NCBI RefSeq assembly: GCF_003851005.1
Contig: NZ_BEXT01000001.1
Span: forward strand, 6,246,996-6,310,995
Length of the DNA: 64,000 bases
Direction: 5' to 3'
Origin: Desulfonema ishimotonii
GTDB taxonomy: Bacteria > Desulfobacterota > Desulfobacteria > Desulfobacterales > Desulfococcaceae
The translations under genes were made by a program, and so were the position numbers. Within the stretch, counting starts at the first letter, position 1, and each line of letters opens with the position of its first letter. A model generated the notes under the pieces. The model searched no databases, was not told where the DNA came from, and saw only the letters and a program-made list of their open reading frames with translations. Below are positions 28,674-36,400 of the stretch, one piece after another.

Positions 28674-29873
28674 ATGCGGAAATGGAAATGTACGGTGTGT
28701 GGCTACATCCACACCGGAAACGAACCGCCGGAAAAATGCCCGGTCTGCGGCGCGGATAAAAGCCTCTTTGAGCCGGTTGGCGAAAGCGCTGAGGCAGCGG
28801 CGCAGGCCGGGACTGAAACCGCTGCAAAGTGGCGATGCACGGTGTGCGGCTACATCCACACCGGAAACGAACCGCCGGAAAAATGCCCGGTCTGCGGCGC
28901 GGATAAAAGCCTCTTTGAGCCGGTTGGCGAAAGCGCTGAGGCAGCGGCGCAGGCCGGGACTGAAACCGCTGCAAAGTGGCGATGCACAGTGTGCGGCTAC
29001 ATCCACACCGGAAACGAACCGCCGGAAAAATGCCCGGTCTGCGGCGCGGATAAAAGCCTCTTTGAGCCGGTTGGCGAAAGCGCTGAGGCAGCGGCGCAGG
29101 CCGGGACTGAAACCGCTGCAAAGTGGCGCTGCACAGTGTGCGGCTACATCCACACCGGCGACGAGCCGCCGGACAAATGCCCGGTCTGCGGCGCGGATAA
29201 AAGCCTCTTTGAGCCGATGGCTGAGACTGCCGCTGAAACAGAATCGCCTGCCGGAACCGAATCCGTCGCAAAGTGGCGCTGCACGGTGTGCGGCTACATC
29301 CACACCGGCGACGAGCCGCCGAAAAAATGCCCGGTCTGCGGCGCGGACAAAAGCCTCTTCGAGGCGCTCTCCGAAACCGCCGCGCCTGAAAAGTCCGCAG
29401 ACGCGGAAACCGCACCCCGTTCCTCCCGTGGCCGGATATATGACATGCTCATTGAGCAGATGCTGAAGCATCACGCCCATCCCGTCTCGGTCCATATTCC
29501 CAACGGGGTGATCCCCATGAACGTTCTGTTTATTCTCATGGCCCTGCTGTTTCACATGGGCAGCCTTGAACTGGCCGCCTTCTGCAACACGGTCTTTGTT
29601 GTGCTGACCATGCCGTTTATCGTGTTCTCCGGGTATATCGAGTGGCAGAAGCGGTATGGCGGGCATCTGACGAACATTTTCGTTATCAAGATTCTCTGTG
29701 CCACGGTGGTGGCGGCGTCGGCTGTCGGGATCATGATCTGGTGGATCATTGATCCGAACGTGGCGGACGCCACCTCGCCCAACCGGTGGCTTTTTTTTCT
29801 GGTCAACCTGATGATGCTGGGGGCCGCAGCCGTTGCCGGGTTTATCGGCGGAAGATTTGTTTTCAAGGATTAA
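28674..29873 (+). CDS. Protein with five tandem rubredoxin domains (W[RK][10 protein letters not shown][ND]EPP[EDK][13 protein letters not shown]) joined by Ala/Glu/Thr-rich linkers and fused to a C-terminal ~4-TM membrane domain.
   Basis: Five CxxCG...CPxCG rubredoxin knuckle pairs. The C-terminal 150 aa are hydrophobic with conserved His ([11 protein letters not shown]). RBS AGGAG lies 6 nt before the ATG at 28674. Confidence 0.8.
   Translation: MRKWKCTVCGYIHTGNEPPEKCPVCGADKSLFEPVGESAEAAAQAGTETAAKWRCTVCGYIHTGNEPPEKCPVCGADKSLFEPVGESAEAAAQAGTETAAKWRCTVCGYIHTGNEPPEKCPVCGADKSLFEPVGESAEAAAQAGTETAAKWRCTVCGYIHTGDEPPDKCPVCGADKSLFEPMAETAAETESPAGTESVAKWRCTVCGYIHTGDEPPKKCPVCGADKSLFEALSETAAPEKSADAETAPRSSRGRIYDMLIEQMLKHHAHPVSVHIPNGVIPMNVLFILMALLFHMGSLELAAFCNTVFVVLTMPFIVFSGYIEWQKRYGGHLTNIFVIKILCATVVAASAVGIMIWWIIDPNVADATSPNRWLFFLVNLMMLGAAAVAGFIGGRFVFKD
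28683..29417 (+). repeat. Tandem 147-bp coding repeats (5 units), one per rubredoxin domain. Units 2 and 3 differ by a single nucleotide.
   Basis: Unit boundaries are at about 28830, 28977, 29124 and 29271. Units 1-3 are near-identical; units 4-5 have diverged (GDEPPDKC and GDEPPKKC). Confidence 0.8.
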
Positions 29874-30286
29874 TTCCACGTTGTCAGATTAACTAAATCA
29901 GAGGGCAGGCCCCTGTGCCTGCCCTCCGGTTCCCGGAGCCGCCGTTTCCCGCCAATCGGGCGTTTCACAGTCGAAAATCCCAGAAAAGCCTTATGTGGCA
30001 AGGGTTTGCATAATTTTTTGTGGAAAAACGTTCGGATGAAATAAATGTTTTTATTTTGAAAATCAGAGTATTGAATCATAATCATGAAAATGTGTTAAGA
30101 TTGCATTCGAATGCGATTTTGTCCGCTCATATTTTTCGGACCTGAAGTATAAAAAGTGGTAATCTGACCTTCACCCCATATTAAATTTGATCGAAACTGA
30201 TGGGTTTCAAAGACAGTTCAGGCTAAGGATCTTCGGAACCGGCAGGCACCCGGAGCAGATTTCCGAACATAAAAAAAGGAGAACCG

Positions 30287-30898
30287 ATGCTTGATTTTTT
30301 TCAGGAGGCCATATCGCCCTTAAACCTTCCATTTACGATTTTACTGGGCCTGATGATCCTCTACTGGCTGGTCGTCATCATGGGCGCTGCCGATGCGGAC
30401 TGGATGCCCGATCTCGACCTGGATGCCGATGACGGTGGGGGACTCCTCGCCTCTTTTTTTCAGTTCCTCAGCCTTGGCGACGTGCCGGTCACGGTGGTCG
30501 TAAGCGTCATGATTTTCAGCGCCTGGTGTTTTTCCATGCTGGCCAACCACTTTCTGAACCCCGGCGGTTCGATTTTTATCGGCACCACCCTCCTCTTTAT
30601 CAATATGCTGCTGGGGCTTTTTGCCACAGCCCTTTTTACCCGCGTCATGCTCAGGATTTTCGGACCGCTGCACGGCGAGGACACGGAGGATCAGCAAATC
30701 CTCTATCGGGTCGGCACGGTTATCACCAGCCGGGTGGATGCGGACTTCGGTCAGGTGGAGATCGAAACCAAAGGCGCGCCCATTACCGTCAACGCCCGCG
30801 CTGTGGATGACAGAATTTTTACGAAAGGGGAGAAGGTGCTGATATTTGACGAAGATGAGGAGAAAGGGATCTTCTTTGTGGATAAATACGAGGCATAA
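30287..30898 (+). CDS. NfeD-like / YqiJ-family (DUF1449) inner-membrane protein with a C-terminal OB-fold; partner of the downstream flotillin.
   Basis: N-terminal TM segments, an acidic loop (DLDLDADDGGG) and C-terminal GTVITSRVDADFGQVEIETKGAPITVNARAV...GEKVLIF resembling the NfeD beta-barrel. Preceded by an AT-rich region with a GCATTCGAATGC palindrome (30103-30114). Confidence 0.65.
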   Translation: MLDFFQEAISPLNLPFTILLGLMILYWLVVIMGAADADWMPDLDLDADDGGGLLASFFQFLSLGDVPVTVVVSVMIFSAWCFSMLANHFLNPGGSIFIGTTLLFINMLLGLFATALFTRVMLRIFGPLHGEDTEDQQILYRVGTVITSRVDADFGQVEIETKGAPITVNARAVDDRIFTKGEKVLIFDEDEEKGIFFVDKYEA

Positions 30899-30947
30899 CC
30901 CGGCGTCTTTCCCGAAAAACGGACATAAAAAATAACGGAGGTGACCG

Positions 30948-33053
30948 ATGGAGCTTCTCGCAGGACTGGGGTTTACAGGAATTGTTGTCTTATTTGTCAT
31001 CGGCCTCGGCTTTATTACGCTGCTGGCCAAATTTTACCGCAAGGTCGAACAGGGACACGCCCTGGTGCGCAACGGCATCGGCGGCACAAAGGTGAGCTTT
31101 TCCGGCACAGTGGTCGTTCCGATTCTTCACAAGGCTGAAGAGATGGATATCTCCGTCAAGCGGGTTATCATCGACCGCCACGGCAGCGAGGGGCTGATCT
31201 GCCGGGACAATATGCGGGCGGATATCAAGGTCGTCTTTTTCGTCCGGGTCAACAAGACCTCCCAGGATGTCCTCAAGGTGGCCCAGGCCGTCGGCTGCGA
31301 ACGGGCCTCCCATCCCAAGGCGCTTCAGGAGCTGTTTGAGGCCAAGTTTTCCGAAGCCCTCAAGACCGTGGGCAAGCAGTTTGAGTTTGTGGAACTGTAT
31401 AACTCCCGCGAACAGTTCAAGGAAGAGATGCTCAAGGTGATCGGCACTGACCTGAACGGCTTTGTCATGGACGATGCTGCCATCGACTATCTGGAACAGA
31501 CGCCCCTTGAGATGCTCAACGCCGACAATATTCTCGATTCACAGGGCATCAAAAAGATCACCGAACTCACGTCCGACCAGAAAATCCTGGCCAATAAAAT
31601 TGACCGGGACCGGGAAAAAACCATTACCCGCCAGGATGTGGAGGCCAAAGAGGCGGTGCTGGAGCTGAACCGCCAGCTGGCCGAGGCTGAAAGCCGTCAG
31701 AAACGGGAAGTGGAGATCATTCAGGCCCGCGAGACGGCTGAAACCGTCAAGGTTCAGCAGGAGGAGCGTCTCAAGGCCGAATCTGCGCGGATTTCCTCGG
31801 AAGAGGAGATTCAGGTGGCCGAAGAGAACAAGGATCGTCAGATCATCGTGGCCCGCAAGAACAAGGAACGCACCGATGCCATTGAATCCGAGCGCCTGGA
31901 AAAAGACCGGATGATCGAGGCCACCGAGCGGGAGCGGATTGTGGCCCTGACCCAGATCGAAAAGAACAAGGCCATCGAGGTGGAGCGGAAGAACATTCAG
32001 GATGTGATCCGCGAACGGGTCAAGGTGGAAAAGACGGTAGTGGAGGAACAGCAGCGCATCAAAGACACCGAGGCCTTTGCCGAGGCCGATCGGGAAAAAC
32101 GGGTCGCCATCACCCAGGCGGAAAAGTCGGCAGAGGAGACAGAGGTCGTAAAGGTCAAGGGGGCCGAGGCCGCCCGGCAGGTGGCGGCCCTGAAGGCCGA
32201 AGAGGATATGCTCCGCACGGTAAAGGATGCCGAAGCCGCCCAGAAGGCATCGGATTTCAAGGCCCGGCAGGCCGAGATTGAGGCCGGGGCGTTTTTCCAC
32301 AAGGCGGAAAAGGAGGCGGCCGCCAAGAAGATGCTGGCCGAGGCCGATGCGGCGGAAAAGGCAGCCCAGGGCATGAGCGATGTCCAGGTGATGGAGGCGC
32401 GGGCGGCGGCCATTGAAAAAGAGGGCGCGGCCCAGTCCAAGGTCATGGATCTGAAATATCAGGCCGAATCCGGCGGGATTGAGAAAAAGGGCACGGCCGA
32501 GGCCAAGGTACAGTCCCTGAAATTCCAGGCGGAGGCCAAGGGCATTGAGCAGAAGGCCAACGCCATGAAACTGCTGGACGGCGTGGGACGCGAACATGAG
32601 GAGTTCAAGCTGCGGCTCCATAAGGAAAAGGATGTGGAAATTGCCGAAATCCGGAACCGGGGGGAAGTGGCCCGGTATCAGGCCGACATTCTGGCCCAGG
32701 CCCTCAGATCGGCCAAAATCGATATTGTGGGCGGCGAGGCCACCTTCTTTGACCGGATCGTCAACGCCATCAGCACCGGCAAGGCCGTGGACCGGTATGT
32801 GGATAACAGCAAAACCCTGACCGACGTGAAAGAGACCTTTTTCAATTCCGACCCGGAGTATTTTCAGTCCCAGCTGAAGCACTTTTTCAAGCAGTTCGGC
32901 ATCACGTCGGAAGATGTGAAAAACCTCACGGTGTCGGCGGTGCTGGGGCAACTTGTCTCCCTGGCGGACAAACCCGAGGACCGGAGTGCCCTGTACGAGC
33001 TTTTGTCCATGGCCGAACGGTCCGGCATGGCCAAAAAGGTGCTGGGGAAATAG
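30948..33053 (+). CDS. Flotillin-family SPFH/band-7 protein (YqiK/FloT-like) with an N-terminal TM helix and a long Glu/Ala/Lys-rich coiled coil.
   Basis: SPFH core (GHALVRNGIGGTKVSF...VRVNKTSQDVLKVAQAVG) followed by ~300 aa of heptad-like EA/KA-rich sequence; 701 aa. Confidence 0.85.
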   Translation: MELLAGLGFTGIVVLFVIGLGFITLLAKFYRKVEQGHALVRNGIGGTKVSFSGTVVVPILHKAEEMDISVKRVIIDRHGSEGLICRDNMRADIKVVFFVRVNKTSQDVLKVAQAVGCERASHPKALQELFEAKFSEALKTVGKQFEFVELYNSREQFKEEMLKVIGTDLNGFVMDDAAIDYLEQTPLEMLNADNILDSQGIKKITELTSDQKILANKIDRDREKTITRQDVEAKEAVLELNRQLAEAESRQKREVEIIQARETAETVKVQQEERLKAESARISSEEEIQVAEENKDRQIIVARKNKERTDAIESERLEKDRMIEATERERIVALTQIEKNKAIEVERKNIQDVIRERVKVEKTVVEEQQRIKDTEAFAEADREKRVAITQAEKSAEETEVVKVKGAEAARQVAALKAEEDMLRTVKDAEAAQKASDFKARQAEIEAGAFFHKAEKEAAAKKMLAEADAAEKAAQGMSDVQVMEARAAAIEKEGAAQSKVMDLKYQAESGGIEKKGTAEAKVQSLKFQAEAKGIEQKANAMKLLDGVGREHEEFKLRLHKEKDVEIAEIRNRGEVARYQADILAQALRSAKIDIVGGEATFFDRIVNAISTGKAVDRYVDNSKTLTDVKETFFNSDPEYFQSQLKHFFKQFGITSEDVKNLTVSAVLGQLVSLADKPEDRSALYELLSMAERSGMAKKVLGK

Positions 33054-33063
33054 GATGCGGTAG

Positions 33064-33089
33064 GGTGGGCACGTCTTTTTGTGCCCACC
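33064..33089 (+). terminator. Hairpin GGTGGGCAC-GTCTTTTT-GTGCCCACC immediately after the flotillin stop; possible terminator or attenuator.
   Basis: 9-bp perfect stem with a T-rich loop and no clear downstream U-tract. Confidence 0.3.
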
Positions 33090-33107
33090 GATTCCCGGCA
33101 TCTTCAA

Positions 33108-33357
33108 ATTGCGCATCGTTCCAACGCTCTGCGTTGGAATGTCCGACCGGACGCTCTGCATCCCGTCACGCGACGCAGGAGCGTCGGAACGATGAATAAA
33201 TCTCAGCGCCGGTGTAGCAGCAGATCGGGTTGGCGAAGCGTAACCCGACATCGTTCCAACGCTCTGCGTTGGAATGCCTGACCGGACGCTCTGCGTCCCG
33301 TCACGCGACGCGGGAGCGTCGGAGTTACTCGTTCCAACGCAGAGCGTTGGAACGATG
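33108..33357. repeat. Family B palindromic repeats, 3-4 tandem hairpin units (GTTCCAACGCTCTGCGTTGGAAC / GACGCTCCCGCGTCGCGTGACGGGACGCAGAGCGTC).
   Basis: Same units as at 11626-11733. They occupy the intergenic space between the flotillin gene and the giant ORF. Confidence 0.7.
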
Positions 33358-33495
33358 AAATGAAACAGCAGGGGGGCACAGAAGCGTGTGCCCCCCTGCC
33401 TGGCTGATTCAATCCTAAAACGGATGTTGCATACTTTTTATGAAGATTGTTTGCCATCATCCATCTGACGGCAAAAAAGAGGAGGAGATTGTCCC

Positions 33496-36400
33496 ATGGC
33501 TCAAACGGAACACTCCGCTGAGAAAACCGGGGCGGACGCCACGCTGGAAGGCGGAACCTATGAGATCATACGCAACCGTCTGCTGAATCACGGCAAGGCC
33601 CTGCGGGAACGGCTGGAAAAACTGGACGGGTCGCGCAGGGAAATCTTCGGGGCCATTGAACAGACCCTGCTCGCCACCGAGCGGATCACCACCCGCCACA
33701 ACTGCGTGCCCCGTGACATGGTCTCCGTTAACGGAACCCGTTTCGTATTCGGCTATAACGTTCACATGGGCCTCAAGACCGAAATTCAGATTTCGGATGT
33801 CTTTTCGGTCTACCAATACAAAGAGCGCCAGTTCCGCCAGTTGCCCTGGGAGGTGCTTGACTCCGGGCGCTTTGAGGAAGACCTGAAAAATCTTTATAAA
33901 TATTACAAAGATACGCGGTTTATCAAATTTTCGGTGATCGGGCCGCACCTCTACATGGTTTTCCGGGTGAGCAAATCCTCCAGGGATATCAAGGCCTTCA
34001 AATGGCTGATTCAGGACAGCACCCTGACCTATATGGACAACCGGAGCGACCATGAGGTCCGGTTTCCGGGGCAGCACGATTTTGAGTGGACCCGCACCAC
34101 CCGTGACGATCACAGGCCCGGCAGTCATCCCCATGTCTCCGTCCGGGACCGGGTGTTTGTGGAAACCGTGGGCGGCGATATCACCTTCAAGGTGGAGGAC
34201 AACACCGAGATCGGCCAGGGGATTTACGCCGAACCGGTGGAAAATCCGGATCAGACTCTGGACGACGCCGAGATCGCCTATGCCGTGATGGGCCACATCA
34301 TCCTGGTCAGAATCCGGCCTTACCAGGAGGCGCGATTCCGCTATTTCATCTACAATGACAAGACCCGGACGGTCTGCCGGGCCGATGATATGGAACAGGC
34401 CTGCGTACAACTGCCCGACGATCAGGGCCTGATCTTCTCCAACGGCTACTATCTTGAGAGCGGTGAACTCCGGCGGTTTGAAAGCGGCATGCGCGACATG
34501 ATGTTTGAGAGCCGCATTGCCTCCCCCAACGGCGAGGATTTTCTCTATGTGTTTTATGATCAGGAATCGGGGAATTATGCCCTGCTCTCCTACAACCTGA
34601 TCCGCCAGCAGGTGGAAACGCCCCTGCCGTGCAACGGTTTTTCCCTCTTCGACTCCGGCGAGATGATCCTGTTCCGGGCCGACCGGGAGCCGGTCCGTCA
34701 TCATGTGATCCAGGTCTGGCAGACGCCCTACATGAGCGGAGAGCACGCCTTTGCCGAGAAGAGCGACGCCTTTCTCTACAAGGTGGGCAACCCGGATATC
34801 GTGCGCTGCATGGCCGAATGCAACACCCTGATCCGCCTGATCAACCGCGAAGACCTCTATGCCGCGCTTTACGTGGATATGGTCAAAAAGGCCAGGGATA
34901 TCGCGGATGCGTATTTCTGGATCGACAACCCGGAGGCCTTCAATCTCAGAGAAGTGCTGTCGGAGATTCGGAAGGCCGCCTCCGGGGCTGTGGACGAGTT
35001 TGAAAAGGTCGTCCGGTTGAAGAAAAGTACGGCCGATGCCGTGGCCCGCGTGACCGACCGGTCCCGCGAGATCCTTGACCGGGCCGCGCCGGAGTACATG
35101 GAGAGCATCGACGATTTCGTCAGGGGCCTGGCCGCGCTGCGGGGGGTGCGGGGAGAAATCATCTCCCTCGGCGAGCTGCGCCATGTGGATACGGAGGCCG
35201 TGGCGCGTCTGGACCGGGAGGTCTCCGAAGCGGTGGACAGAATGTCCGGCCTCTGCGTGGAATTTCTTCTGAAGCCGGAGGCCCTTGGGCCATATGAGGC
35301 CCGCGTGGCCGAGGCCGGAGAGCAGGTGGAATCGCTGAGCCGGGTCACGGACGCCAGTGCGCTTCAGGAAAAAACGGAAGCGGCATCGGAGGCGCTGGAG
35401 ATGCTCATCGAAATCGTGAGCAACCTGAAGATCGAAGATGCGACCCAGACCACGCGGATTATCGACAACATCTCGGCCATCTATTCCCGGCTCAATCAGG
35501 TTCGGGCCGCGCTGAAAAATAAGAAGAAGCGCCTGCAAAGCATCGAAGGCGTGGCCCAGTTCAACGCACAGATGAAGCTCCTCAGCCAGAGCGTGATCAA
35601 CTATATCGACATTTGTGACACGCCGGAAAAGTGCGACGAATACCTCACCAAAATCATGATTTCGGTGGAGGAGCTGGAGGGCCGGTTTGCCGACTTTGAC
35701 GAGTTCATCGGGCAGATCTCCGAAAAACGGGACGAGGTTTACGCCGCCTTTGAATCGAAAAAACTGGCCCTGGCCGAGGCCCGTAACCGGCGGGCCACCG
35801 CACTCATGGACGCGGCGGAGCGCATCCTCAGAGGCGTACAAAACCGGGTGGCGACCCTGGAGGAGGTCAGCGCCATCAACGCCTATTTCGCCTCGGACCT
35901 GATGATCGAAAAGGTCCGGGATATCGTGACACAGCTTCTGGAGATCAGCGACACGGTCAAAGCCGATGACATTCAGTCCCGCCTCAAAACCATCCGTGAG
36001 GACACGGTCCGGCAGCTGAAAGACCGCAAAGAGCTGTACGCGGAGGGTGAGAACATTATCCGGTTCGGGAACCACAGTTTTTCCGTCAACACCCAGCCCC
36101 TGGACCTGACAATGGTGCTGCGGGACGGCGTCCGGATGTTTCATCTCACCGGCACCGATTTTTTTGAGCCGGTGGCCGACGCGGCCTTCGAGGCCACCAG
36201 ACCGGTCTGGGACATGGCGGTGATTTCAGAGGACAAAACCGTATACCGGGGCGAATATCTCGCCTTTCAGATGCTCCGGGCCTTTGAAGCGGAGGACGGG
36301 GAGACGCGCACCCGCTTCGGGGCGTTTTCGGATGCGGAGTGGGAGGAACACACCCGGACCTTCATGGGCCAGCGCTATGCCGAGGGATATGTCAAAGGGG

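Noticed and set aside
28683-29417. Possible CRISPR array because of regularly spaced near-identical repeats.
   Set aside because: The repeats are 147 bp with no unique spacers between them, and they are in frame encoding rubredoxin domains. No cas genes are present.
28450-29879. Long ORFs 28450-29466 (+) and 28599-29879 (-) overlapping the rubredoxin-array gene.
   Set aside because: They are out-of-frame or antisense shadows of the 147-bp tandem repeats. Their products are Arg/Ala/Pro-rich low-complexity repeats (..[36 protein letters not shown]..). The rubredoxin frame has the RBS and clear domain signatures.
30100-30286. Sigma-54 promoter upstream of the nfeD-like gene (GGCACCCGGAGCAG).
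   Set aside because: The GG-N10-GC spacing does not fit the TGGCAC-N5-TTGC consensus. Only the GCATTCGAATGC palindrome is noted as a possible operator.
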